Positions 38,062 to 47,278 are shown, numbered from the stretch's first letter. The stretch: DNA of 64,000 nt from Croceimicrobium sp. (GCA_965279135.1 OZ257133.1:475274-539273), one strand, 5' to 3'. A program made the numbers and translations. Notes: generated by a model from the sequence alone, not told the origin.

Positions 38062-38664
38062 ATGATATACCCCAAACTTCAATCCTACATCGAGCAGATA
38101 GATACGAATTCCATTTCGGAAGAGCGCAAAACGGTCTTGCAAGCCCTAATTGAATATTCTAAAACTGCTGAGCCATTAAGGCTGAATTTCATTTGTACGC
38201 ATAATTCCCGACGATCTCAGTTTGCTCAGGTTTGGGCGATGGTAGCGGCCCATTATTTCGGGCTAGATCTCGAAAGCTACTCCGGTGGTGTAGAGGTTAC
38301 CGCTTGTAATCAAAGGACAGTAGAGGCCCTGGAGCGGGCGGGATTTTCCGTTTCCGGCGATCGCAACCTTCCGAATCCCCACTATCAAATTGCCTTTGGT
38401 GATGGCTTACCCTCGATCAAGGCTTTTTCTAAACTTTACGATGATCCTGTAAATCCCAAAAGCGATTTTGCAGCGGTAATGACTTGCTCTGATGCGGATG
38501 AAAATTGCCCCTTCATTCCCGGAACCAAAGCGCGCATTGCCTTGAATTATAAAGACCCCAAAGCATTTGATGATACGGATTTAGAAGGAAGTGCCTATGA
38601 TGAGCGCTGCCTGCAGATCGCGACCGAAATGTTCTACCTATTTCAATCGCTGAAGAATGGCTAA
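38062..38664 (+). CDS. arsC: arsenate reductase, LMW-PTP (thioredoxin-coupled) type
   Basis: CTHNSRRS P-loop plus a CSDADENC cysteine pair, in an ars operon context. Confidence 0.8.
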   Translation: MIYPKLQSYIEQIDTNSISEERKTVLQALIEYSKTAEPLRLNFICTHNSRRSQFAQVWAMVAAHYFGLDLESYSGGVEVTACNQRTVEALERAGFSVSGDRNLPNPHYQIAFGDGLPSIKAFSKLYDDPVNPKSDFAAVMTCSDADENCPFIPGTKARIALNYKDPKAFDDTDLEGSAYDERCLQIATEMFYLFQSLKNG

Positions 38665-39703
38665 AAAGCGTTTATCATTTTTAGATCGTTACCTCACTTT
38701 GTGGATTTTTATTGCCATGCTTCTTGGGGTCGGCTTAGGAAATCTTTCTCCTGAATTTGCAGGCCTGATTGAAAAGTCTGGAAGCGGTAGCACTAACATT
38801 CCATTGGCTATTGGTTTAATCCTAATGATGTATCCGCCCCTGGCCAAAGTCAATTATCGTCTCCTGCCCAAGGTATTTAAGAACATCCGGGTTTTAAGCA
38901 TTTCCTTAATTCTTAACTGGATTATTGGACCGGTATTGATGTTTGTATTAGCCCTGATTTTCCTCCATGATTATCCGGAATATATGACGGGCTTAATCTT
39001 AATCGGACTGGCTCGATGTATTGCTATGGTTTTAGTTTGGAACGACCTGGCTGAAGGCTCTGCAGAGTATGGGGCGGGTCTGGTTGCCCTAAATAGTATT
39101 TTTCAGGTTTTCGCTTACAGCTTTTACGCCTGGATATTTATCACTCAACTTCCACCTCTTCTAGGTTATGAAGGAGCGGTAGTAGATATATCCATCGGAT
39201 TGATCGCCAAGAGTGTTGCCATTTATCTAGGTATCCCTTTTGTGATGGGAATTCTTAGTAGGGTTATTTTGGTTCCTCTAAAAGGCGAAGATTGGTATAC
39301 GGAACAATTTCTACCTAGAATTTCGCCCATCACGCTCGTCGCTTTGTTGCTCACCATCGTGTTGATGTTTAGCTTGAAAGGGGAGTTGATCGTTCAATTA
39401 CCCGGCGATGTCCTTCTCATAGCTGTTCCACTTTTAATCTACTTTGCTTTGATGTTTGTCTTAGGATTCTTCTTTAGCAAATGGATGGGCGCCGACTATG
39501 ATCAAAACGCTGCAATTTCCTTTACGGCGGCCGGCAATAATTTTGAGCTTGCTATTGCCGTAGCCATTGCCGTCTTTGGTTTAAATTCTGGTCAGGCTTT
39601 TACGGGGGTAATTGGACCGTTGGTTGAAGTTCCGGCATTGATTCTTCTGGTTCGGGTAGCTTTCTATTTTCGAGATAGGTTTTACTCCCGATCATCCTCA
39701 TAA
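38657..39703 (+). CDS. ACR3-family arsenite efflux transporter
   Basis: [22 protein letters not shown] and GLARCIAMV. Confidence 0.9.
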   Translation: MAKKRLSFLDRYLTLWIFIAMLLGVGLGNLSPEFAGLIEKSGSGSTNIPLAIGLILMMYPPLAKVNYRLLPKVFKNIRVLSISLILNWIIGPVLMFVLALIFLHDYPEYMTGLILIGLARCIAMVLVWNDLAEGSAEYGAGLVALNSIFQVFAYSFYAWIFITQLPPLLGYEGAVVDISIGLIAKSVAIYLGIPFVMGILSRVILVPLKGEDWYTEQFLPRISPITLVALLLTIVLMFSLKGELIVQLPGDVLLIAVPLLIYFALMFVLGFFFSKWMGADYDQNAAISFTAAGNNFELAIAVAIAVFGLNSGQAFTGVIGPLVEVPALILLVRVAFYFRDRFYSRSSS

Positions 39704-39799
39704 CAATAGCTTTATAATTATAATGCTTGCATTGCAATTATAATTGAACTACCTTGACTGGAGTCAGCTTTGCTGCAACAGGGAAGAAACTTTACTCAA

Positions 39800-41332
39800 A
39801 TGGAAGGGAACATCGATGCCGTTAACCGAGATGATGTATTTGCATTAATCGGTAACCTGGCTGATCTTGGATTGTGGAGATATCATGTGGGGGATGATTA
39901 TCTACATTGGGAGGATCAACTATTTAAATTGTATGGCGTGAACAAGGCCGATTTTTCGAATTCGTTCGAGGATTGGCGTTCCACAGTACATCCGGAAGAC
40001 CTGGAAGGGGCCGAGTCGGCATTTCTGGAATCGGTTAAATCCGACGGAGAATTCGTTTATACCTTTCGGATTCGGAGAAAGGATGATGGGCAAATCCGCT
40101 ATATAAAAGCAAATGCCAGAGTTTCATCTTATGATCAGAATGGCCAACCCATCTACATAGGGGTTAACCAGGATGTTACCGAATACTTTGAGATAAAATC
40201 CGAAAGGGAAGAGATTTTAAAAATCCTCAGTGATTCTCAAACCACCGCTCGGATAGGCAGTTGGCAATATTTCCCGAAGACCAATGTCTCAATAATGGAT
40301 GGCGTTACTAAGAGTATCTATGGTATTCCTGCAGAAGTGGAGGTACATGCTTCAGAGGGTATCCTCTACTATAAGGAGGGCAGATCCAGAGATACCATAA
40401 TCCAGGCTTTTGATAAACTATTAAAGGAGCACAAGTCCTATGATTTAGAGCTGGAATTAATTCGTACTGATGGTTCCGAAATATGGGTTCGGACCATAGG
40501 TAAGGTAATGCTTGATGAGCAGGGGGAGGTCCTTAAAGCTTATGGTGTATTTCAGGATATCACCGAGCATAAGAAACGCGAATTGGAGCTTTCCGAAGCT
40601 AATCGGATTCTACAGAATCTTACAGATAAGTTAACTGAGCAGAATCGCAGTTTAAACGATTTCGCTCATATCAGTTCCCATAACCTTCGCGCTCCGGTTG
40701 CCAATCTCATGATGTTGAATGAACTCTATGCCGAGTCCGAAGATCTCCAGTTTAGGGAAGAGATTTTTGAGATGGTCTTGAGTTCCACCAAAGACCTCAA
40801 GAGCACCTTGGATCACCTCTTAGATTCTCTGGTTATTCAAAGCAAAGCAGGCTTGGATATGAAGGATTGCAGTTTGAGTGATGCGCTTGATCTGGTGGAC
40901 AGTAGTTTATCCGAAATCGTAAAACATACCGAGGCGAAAATTGAGAGAGAGATTGAGGTTGACACGCTACATGCTCAACCGGTTTACCTGGATAGTATTC
41001 TCCTCAACCTGATTAATAATGCGATTAAGTACAAACATCCGGATCGCAAACCGGAGATTTTAGTTCGCTCCTATATGGATGGACCCAGACCTTGTATTGA
41101 AGTGAAGGTCAATGGACTGGGGATTGACCTGGAGAAACACGGCGGGAAGGTATTTGGATTACACAAGACCTTTCACAAAAACTCTGATGCGAAAGGAGTG
41201 GGTCTATTTATGGTAAAAGCGCAAATGGAAGCAATGGGCGGAGAGGTTTCGCTGAAAAGTGAACCCAATAGTGGGAGCACCTTTAAGATGACTTTCAAAT
41301 CAATTGAAGCGGGAAGGGATGGCAGTTTATAA
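39800..41332 (+). CDS. PAS-domain sensor histidine kinase
   Basis: Two PAS-like blocks, HisKA FAHISSHNLRAPV, N-box LLNLINNAIKY, G2 GVGLFMVK. Start at ATG 39800 (track TTG at 39770). Confidence 0.85.
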   Translation: MEGNIDAVNRDDVFALIGNLADLGLWRYHVGDDYLHWEDQLFKLYGVNKADFSNSFEDWRSTVHPEDLEGAESAFLESVKSDGEFVYTFRIRRKDDGQIRYIKANARVSSYDQNGQPIYIGVNQDVTEYFEIKSEREEILKILSDSQTTARIGSWQYFPKTNVSIMDGVTKSIYGIPAEVEVHASEGILYYKEGRSRDTIIQAFDKLLKEHKSYDLELELIRTDGSEIWVRTIGKVMLDEQGEVLKAYGVFQDITEHKKRELELSEANRILQNLTDKLTEQNRSLNDFAHISSHNLRAPVANLMMLNELYAESEDLQFREEIFEMVLSSTKDLKSTLDHLLDSLVIQSKAGLDMKDCSLSDALDLVDSSLSEIVKHTEAKIEREIEVDTLHAQPVYLDSILLNLINNAIKYKHPDRKPEILVRSYMDGPRPCIEVKVNGLGIDLEKHGGKVFGLHKTFHKNSDAKGVGLFMVKAQMEAMGGEVSLKSEPNSGSTFKMTFKSIEAGRDGSL

Positions 41333-41723
41333 TATCTATGTGATCGATGATGATCCGATCTATCAGTTTTCCTTTAAAAGTCTACTGGGGCTTTTAAATC
41401 AAAGCTTTAACGTCCAGCAATTCCACAATGGGGAAGAGGCAATTGAAGCACTTAAGGAATGTGATAAGTCCAAAATCTGTTTTCCAGACTTCATTTTTTT
41501 GGATTTAAACATGCCGGTTATGGATGGTTGGAATTTCCTGGATGAGTTCCGAGAGCATTTTAGTGAATCAAATAATCTGCCCCGAATCTATATAGTATCC
41601 AGTTCCCTCCATCATGAGGATTTGTTGCGTTCCGAGGCCTATCCCATTGTGCAAGAGTATCTGGTAAAGCCTATTTCACGCATTAAGCTTTCCCGACTTT
41701 TTGAACCAGCAGAAATAGATTAG
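41319..41723 (+). CDS. single-domain response regulator (receiver only)
   Basis: YVIDDD, FLDLNMPVMDG and LVKP. Overlaps the kinase end by 14 nt. Confidence 0.85.
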   Translation: MAVYNIYVIDDDPIYQFSFKSLLGLLNQSFNVQQFHNGEEAIEALKECDKSKICFPDFIFLDLNMPVMDGWNFLDEFREHFSESNNLPRIYIVSSSLHHEDLLRSEAYPIVQEYLVKPISRIKLSRLFEPAEID

Positions 41724-41781
41724 TAGAATTTGACTTATGGTTTAGATTACCTTAAGTATATTGTGAGCATAATTCCTGATT

Positions 41782-43383
41782 ATGCGTATTTCAATATTCT
41801 TCCTTTTTCTTTCGATTGGTTTAAATGCTCAAAGCCTTCAAGATGACTTTGAAGGTAATGGCAATATCAATACCTGGTTTGGCGATGATTGCAATATTGA
41901 TATTGCTAAGGCGAACCCATTTTCACAAAGCATTAATACTTCATCTACCGTATTGGAATACCACGATATTGGTGGTCAGTATGCCAATGTACGTTTTGAT
42001 GCTTCGAGCAATTTAAACCTGCCGAGCCATTCTGTTTTTCAGATTAAGGTCTATGTTCCCTCTTCTGGATTAACCGGAAACCAGAACAATCAGATATCCT
42101 GTAAACTGCAAGATGGTACTCAAGGCAGTCCCTGGCAAACGCAGTGTGAGATTATCAAATCCGTTCAATTGGATCAATGGCAAACCATCACTTTCGATTT
42201 TGCAAATGATCCATATATCAACTTGGATCCAACTTCTCTGGCACCAACCCAGCGAACCGATTTTAATCGGGTGCTGTTTCAGTTAAACGGAGAGAACAAT
42301 ACGGACCAAGTTTTGGCCTACCTGGATGATTTCATCTATCTCGATACCAGCTTTTCTCCACCGGCCCCGGTATTTACTCAATTGCTTTGGTCAGATGAGT
42401 TTAATGGCAGTGGGATGATTGATACATCCAAATGGTTCCATCAAACTCAATTACCCAACGGGAATTCCTGGTACAATGGCGAAATCCAGCATTATACGGA
42501 TCGAGCTGCTAATAGCTCCCAGAGTAATGGCAGCTTAAAGCTTATTGCCAAAAAGGAAACCTTTACCGATCAGGGCGTAACCAAGAATTATACTTCGGCA
42601 CGATTAAATTCGAAAATTGCTTTCACCTACGGTCGAGTTGAGATTCGGGCTAAGATGCCGACAGGTGTAGGCACCTGGCCAGCGATGTGGATGTTGGGCA
42701 AGAACATCGACGAACCCGGAGCCTACTGGCAGCAACAGGGATTTGGAACCACCCCCTGGCCCGCTTGTGGCGAGATTGATATCATGGAGCATTGGGGCAC
42801 CAATCAGGACTATATACAAAGTGCTATGCATACCCCATCGAGTTTTGGAGGGACGGTCAATAAAGGTGGTCGCCTCATCCCAGGAGTTTCCGACAACTTC
42901 CATGTTTATGCTTTCGAGTGGTATCCCGATCGGATGGTTTTTTCGGTGGATAGTATTGTCCACTATATTTATCAGCCCAGTGTCCGCGACGCCAGCACCT
43001 GGCCCTTTGATGATCCCCAATACCTATTGCTCAATATCGCCATCGAGCCAGGCATAGACCCTAATTGGCAAGAAGATACTTTAGAGATCGACTATTTGCG
43101 AATCTATACTGCTCCCAATATTGGCAATACAGAGTTCCAACCCGAAAGCGAATGGTCTATCTATCCCAATCCGGTTAAGGACCAAATCCATTTGTCAATA
43201 CCTGATGCTTACACCTCACCTTTAACGGTCGAGATCTATAATGTCAATGGAAAGCTCGTTCGCCAAGAGATTCTCGAGGATTCAACCATTATTCAAAATC
43301 TTGCTGATCTGGATTCGGGTGTTTATCTGTTACGGGTGGTTTCAGATCAGGGGCTTGTAATCAGGAGGTTTTTGAAGGGCTAG
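41782..43383 (+). CDS. secreted GH16 beta-glucanase (laminarinase-like) with an N-terminal CBM-like domain and a T9SS C-terminal domain
   Basis: GH16 catalytic motif GEIDIMEH. C-terminus IYPNPVKDQIHLSI... Confidence 0.85.
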   Translation: MRISIFFLFLSIGLNAQSLQDDFEGNGNINTWFGDDCNIDIAKANPFSQSINTSSTVLEYHDIGGQYANVRFDASSNLNLPSHSVFQIKVYVPSSGLTGNQNNQISCKLQDGTQGSPWQTQCEIIKSVQLDQWQTITFDFANDPYINLDPTSLAPTQRTDFNRVLFQLNGENNTDQVLAYLDDFIYLDTSFSPPAPVFTQLLWSDEFNGSGMIDTSKWFHQTQLPNGNSWYNGEIQHYTDRAANSSQSNGSLKLIAKKETFTDQGVTKNYTSARLNSKIAFTYGRVEIRAKMPTGVGTWPAMWMLGKNIDEPGAYWQQQGFGTTPWPACGEIDIMEHWGTNQDYIQSAMHTPSSFGGTVNKGGRLIPGVSDNFHVYAFEWYPDRMVFSVDSIVHYIYQPSVRDASTWPFDDPQYLLLNIAIEPGIDPNWQEDTLEIDYLRIYTAPNIGNTEFQPESEWSIYPNPVKDQIHLSIPDAYTSPLTVEIYNVNGKLVRQEILEDSTIIQNLADLDSGVYLLRVVSDQGLVIRRFLKG

Positions 43384-43485
43384 GGAGGTTTTTCTTTGAT
43401 GATTGCTCTTGTCACTCTCCCGAAATGGAAAGGGTGTGGAGGAAGCGGTTTTGGAGGAGGATATCTATATATCCTTTTAAAATGT

Positions 43486-43791
43486 TCAGCTATGAATCTT
43501 TTGATGGCACGGTACACAAACTGACTCTAGCCAATCAATGGGTTCTTTTCCGATGTTGATCTTCGCATATCGTTTGTGATGCACTTGGGTGGCTCTTGCT
43601 CCGCAGTGTACACATTTCCAGTTGTCTCTTCGAAGCACCACATATCTTTTTCTTTTCCAGGCATCACTTTTCAAGTAAACATTTCGGTAATAGTCTCGCC
43701 TCTTTTTTCTTTTGTATTCAAACCGCAGTCGTTTGATATAATACCAAAGGCCAGTGATTGAAAGTATTACTATTACTGGAAGCCAATTCAT
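43486..43791 (-). CDS. small HNH endonuclease with an N-terminal TM helix
   Basis: MNWLPVIVILSITGLWYYI (TM helix), then YLKSDAWKRKR...CVHCG...VHHKRY...CVPCHQKIH. Confidence 0.7.
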   Translation of the reverse strand: MNWLPVIVILSITGLWYYIKRLRFEYKRKKRRDYYRNVYLKSDAWKRKRYVVLRRDNWKCVHCGARATQVHHKRYAKINIGKEPIDWLESVCVPCHQKIHS

Positions 43792-44010
43792 TGGATTCTA
43801 TGGTTAGAATGAAAAGTAAGTTAGGCCACATTGTAGTCTTTTAAGCTAATCTTGCCTACTAAATCAGGTATTCTACTGTGGTCTTCCGAAATCCGTTGGT
43901 AATTAATGTGTTATTAATGGTCATTACAAGCTTTATTTTGCTGGGGAAAGGTATTGGAACAATTTTTAATCCAATTGTTTTCTCCATTGAGTAGATTTCT
44001 GAAAAGCTGT

Positions 44011-44223
44011 CTAAGCTACCGTATGGATCTTCTTAGTTTTAACATTATTGTTTTTAAAACAAAGCCAAAATCCTTTTTGGTACTCAAACTCCTTTGCCTT
44101 CTCAAATAATGACATTTCTTTAATGATAGTTCATTAGTCATAATAATAAACAAAGCCATGGCTGAATTTATATCCTTCACTGCTTAAGCCTTCTTCAATA
44201 GCTTTAATGAAGAAAGGGTTCAT
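44011..44223 (-). pseudogene. possible decayed parD/parE-like toxin-antitoxin remnant (short overlapping ORFs)
   Basis: 29-aa ORF MNPFFIKAIEEGLSSEGYKF... resembles a ParD C-terminus. The adjacent frames ...LSLFEKAKEFEYQKGFW... resemble a ParE N-terminus. This is a weak impression. Confidence 0.25.
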
Positions 44224-44329
44224 TTTTAGCCTATTTTAGGTGAATAACCATTGGAAGAACCTACTAGGTAGTTACATAAAGTCATTCTTTGAATAGCAAT
44301 AGAGTTAGTCATTTTTTATTTAGCCTGAA

Positions 44330-45400
44330 CTATATTGGCCAATAGATTTTTCGTAATGGGACTAAGGCCTTAACTTCTGGTGCAAGTGTTTCATAGTTAT
44401 CGACAAGTAACTCCGCTAGGAGTTCAAAGTCTACTAGAGTGATGGGGAAATTAGCCCTTTCCGCTTCGTATTTGGCATCTTGAGTGAAGCCTGTGGTGGA
44501 TACGTAAATCCCCTTCTCGATATTTCTTAAGCCACCAATGAAATTTCGTAACTCTGGTGCAGAGACTTTCTCTTTACTCTGGCTTTTGTGTTTAACTTCG
44601 GCTTTAATCCTAGGTTCTAACATACCTAATCCGTCAGGGGAAGCATGTATATCACTTCCTAAATCTCTAACTTTTGGTGTCAATCGGCTCTTATAGCCCA
44701 TTGCAGTTAGAATTCCAGCAACAAGTTTTTCAATTTGGTTGGAGTCTAATTCAGCTATCGAATCTTGAATAAAGTCAATAGATCGCGCGACTACCTCTTC
44801 TCTTATCCGATCCTCTTGTTCTTTCTCGAATTCTTTTATGGATTCATCCTCATGTTGTTTCAATATTGAAACCTGCTCAGCGAACTCTTCTTCAGAAATA
44901 TATCCTGGGTGGGCGGCTCTAATTTCATTAAACACTTGCTCTGGTATTTCGAAAAGGGTTAAAATTGAACCTAGTATGTTTTTTGATTCAGGAGTGAGTT
45001 GATCTCTATCAATTGGATACTCATTCCATTCGACCTTTCTGAAATGGTGAAATTTGTAGGAAGTATTATATCCATAGTCCGAAATTATTTCACCAAAGTA
45101 GTAACATCTACTATCGGTATCATAGGTGACAATATTGTGCCCTTCTTTTATTTCATCAATGAACCTCCACATTTGACCTGAACTTTGATTTAATCGTCCA
45201 GGTGAAAACTCAGGATATGAGGATTGAAGTCTTTTCTTTAAATCTTTGTACTTCGTTTTTCTGGAAATTTTACCTGTTTCATTCCATCCTAAAGCGCAAA
45301 TGCCTTTATCTAAAAATTCATGGAGTAAAAAGCTTCCTTGCCCGGATCTTACCATCCATGCTTTGGGTTTATTTGATTGATTCATAGTTTTTATGACCAT
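44330..45400 (-). CDS. Mrr-cat (PD-(D/E)xK) restriction endonuclease-like protein with an uncharacterised ~170-aa N-terminal domain
   Basis: C-terminal LVAGILTAMGY...GSDIHASPD...KAEVKHK (D...ExK) ...GIYVSTTGFT. N-terminal AWMVRSGQGSFLLHEFLDKGICALGW. The alternative start is at 45385. Confidence 0.75.
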   Translation of the reverse strand: MVIKTMNQSNKPKAWMVRSGQGSFLLHEFLDKGICALGWNETGKISRKTKYKDLKKRLQSSYPEFSPGRLNQSSGQMWRFIDEIKEGHNIVTYDTDSRCYYFGEIISDYGYNTSYKFHHFRKVEWNEYPIDRDQLTPESKNILGSILTLFEIPEQVFNEIRAAHPGYISEEEFAEQVSILKQHEDESIKEFEKEQEDRIREEVVARSIDFIQDSIAELDSNQIEKLVAGILTAMGYKSRLTPKVRDLGSDIHASPDGLGMLEPRIKAEVKHKSQSKEKVSAPELRNFIGGLRNIEKGIYVSTTGFTQDAKYEAERANFPITLVDFELLAELLVDNYETLAPEVKALVPLRKIYWPI

Positions 45401-45977
45401 TATATTTGGAAAGCAAAATTCTAGTTAACACACTTCCTAATCGTTGCGTTTTATTGCAATGCATCTATATTGGTTATGGCTATTTGTTTAACCAGATAGT
45501 AAGCGCGCCAGAACTCATTTTAATAAAATCCTATTTAAGATTAGGCTAAATTGCGAATTGATCTAGTAAGTAGTCGAAAATACTAAGGATTTATAAGCTT
45601 TTCTATTTGAAGCCAATCAAGATTCTTCTGAATCTTAACTAGAAAATCTTTATGTGATTCATGGGGTACTACAAATTATGAAAACTCAATTTAAAAACTT
45701 AAATAACTCTACTCTAGAGCTTAAGATTGAGATTATCGGATTTAAATCAAGCTATTTTAAATTAATCGAGAAATTTTAATCCTAAGGAAGTTTAACCCAA
45801 TCCGCTTCAGTACTGAACTTCCAACCACCAAATATTTAAAGGCTTCTTATTGGAGCAAACTCGTTTCAATTCTTCTATCCTAAGACGTTTCGATCAGCTT
45901 TGGGAGTAGCTTCACTGTACCCAAGCTAGTTCTTAATGCCAAGGATATCATCCTCTTCTTTTTTCCGAAGCTCAGCT

Positions 45978-46217
45978 CTATAACAACCTTTTCCTCAAAA
46001 ACGCTCTTCCCGATCCGCTTTTTAAATACTTCTCAAAGAGAAAGGCCTTATACTTTTCATCAAAAACCAAATAGGTAATAACTTTTATTGGACGGCGATA
46101 GCTAGTGGATTTCACTCTCCCGGAATTGTGTTGCTCTATTCGTCGATGCAAGTTTTTGGTGCAACCCGTATAAACAGTCCCGTCAGTGCATTTAGCGATG
46201 TAAACATATTGTTTCAA
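45978..46217 (-). CDS. small GIY-YIG (URI-domain) nuclease family protein
   Basis: YVYIAKCTDGTVYTGCTKNLHRRIEQHN. TTG start. Confidence 0.75.
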   Translation of the reverse strand: MKQYVYIAKCTDGTVYTGCTKNLHRRIEQHNSGRVKSTSYRRPIKVITYLVFDEKYKAFLFEKYLKSGSGRAFLRKRLL

Positions 46218-46370
46218 GGATCATAGTTTGCAGGTAAGATAACTGGGGTGTAACTATTTTATGACCCTGACCAATTGAAAAACGTTTCCATAGTGGACTT
46301 GGACGTTTTCAGCATCGCTCTTTAGCGAGTATAGAAGGTAATGGCATGTATTGTAGAGTACTGTGAGGTA

Positions 46371-46877
46371 TCTCTGCCGAAGTTCGTGTGTGGGTATAGT
46401 TTAATGTGAGCGAGCTCGCCGTCGCTCCTTCATGGGATATCGGAGCTATGGCGAGCGAGGGGATTTGGTGAAGAAACTTCGCCGAAGCTTGTGGGTAGAT
46501 ATGGTTTAAAGTGAGCGATCTCGCCGTCGCTCCTCAAAGGTTTTGGGAGCTTTTGCGAGCAGGGGAATTAGAGTGGAGTGCCTCCGCCGAAGCTTGTGAG
46601 TGGGTATGGTTTAAAATGAGAGAAGCTCGCCGTCGCTCCTCAATGTTTTCGGAGCTTTTGCGAGCAGGGGATTAGAGTGGAGTGTCTCCGCCAGAGCTCG
46701 TGAATAGGTATGGTTTAGAACTAGAGAAGCTCGCCGTCGCTCCTCAATTGATTTCGGAGCTATGGCGAGCGAAGAATCAGGTGGAGAAACTCCGCCGAAG
46801 CTTGTGGATGGGAATGGTTTAGAATGAAAAAAGCTCGCCGTCGCTCCTCAATTAATTTCGGAGCTTTGGCGAGCGAA
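46371..46877. repeat. tandem array of ~4.8 units of a 104-106-bp repeat, each with an imperfect 15-nt-arm hairpin
   Basis: The core GCTCGCCGTCGCTCC occurs at 46414, 46519 (variant), 46625, 46729 and 46833, each followed by GGAGCT(A/T)T(G/T)GCGAGC. Confidence 0.95.
46827..46874 (-). terminator. tmRNA terminator (the repeat copy nearest ssrA, and the only one keeping a T6 tract)
   Basis: On the minus strand: GCTCGCCAAAGCTCC-GAAATTAATTGA-GGAGCGACGGCGAGC followed by TTTTTT. Confidence 0.7.
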
Positions 46878-47278
46878 GGTGGAGCTGCGGGGAGTCGAAC
46901 CCCGGTGCAAACAAGGAAGTGGAAGGCTTTCTACATGCTTATTTTGTTATTCGATTGTCGACTAGCATCTGGGAACAAACACCCCAATACTAGCTTAGTT
47001 GCGGATTACAGTGTCGCGGGCATTACGCAACGCACTACCCGTTAGTCCAGATTTAATGACACCCCTGAGTCCAAACCATCTAGACTTAGGTTCGGAGGGA
47101 TGACTTGCTCTCGCGTCTTACGCGTAGATTAGCTCAAAGCCTCATCAGAGTGCTTAGGCGGCAAGTGCGAAGTTATTTTCGCCAATTATAATTTGAAGCA
47201 TCTTTTTTACGGGAGACATCTCCATGTCCCGACATGCTTACATTCGACTTCATCTTGCTGTCGAAACCGATCAGCCCC
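46878..47278 (-). ncRNA. ssrA: transfer-messenger RNA (tmRNA)
   Basis: 5' end GGGGCTGATCGGTTTCGACAGC. Tag reading frame GGC GAA AAT AAC TTC GCA CTT GCC GCC TAA = GENNFALAA* (47154-47183). 3' end CGGGGTTCGACTCCCCGCAGCTCCACC. Confidence 0.95.

Noticed and set aside
43425-43460. Possible degraded att copy of the tmRNA 3' end (GGTGTGGAGGAAGCGG against GGTGGAGCTGCGG)
   Set aside because: There are only about 10 scattered matching bases and no T-arm sequence, which is not distinguishable from chance by eye.
45401-45977. Small ORFs or an ncRNA in the AT-rich gap upstream of the Mrr-cat gene (for example a 33-aa ORF starting at 45678, MKTQFKNLNNSTLELKIEIIGF...)
   Set aside because: I found no motif, no RBS or promoter support and no notable secondary structure. 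It is probably decayed island DNA or a promoter region.
46371-46877. CRISPR array
   Set aside because: The units are contiguous ~105-bp repeats with no unique spacers, and there are no cas genes in the window.
46824-47045. 73-aa plus-strand ORF
   Set aside because: It lies antisense across the last repeat unit and the 3' half of the tmRNA gene, so I treated it as spurious.
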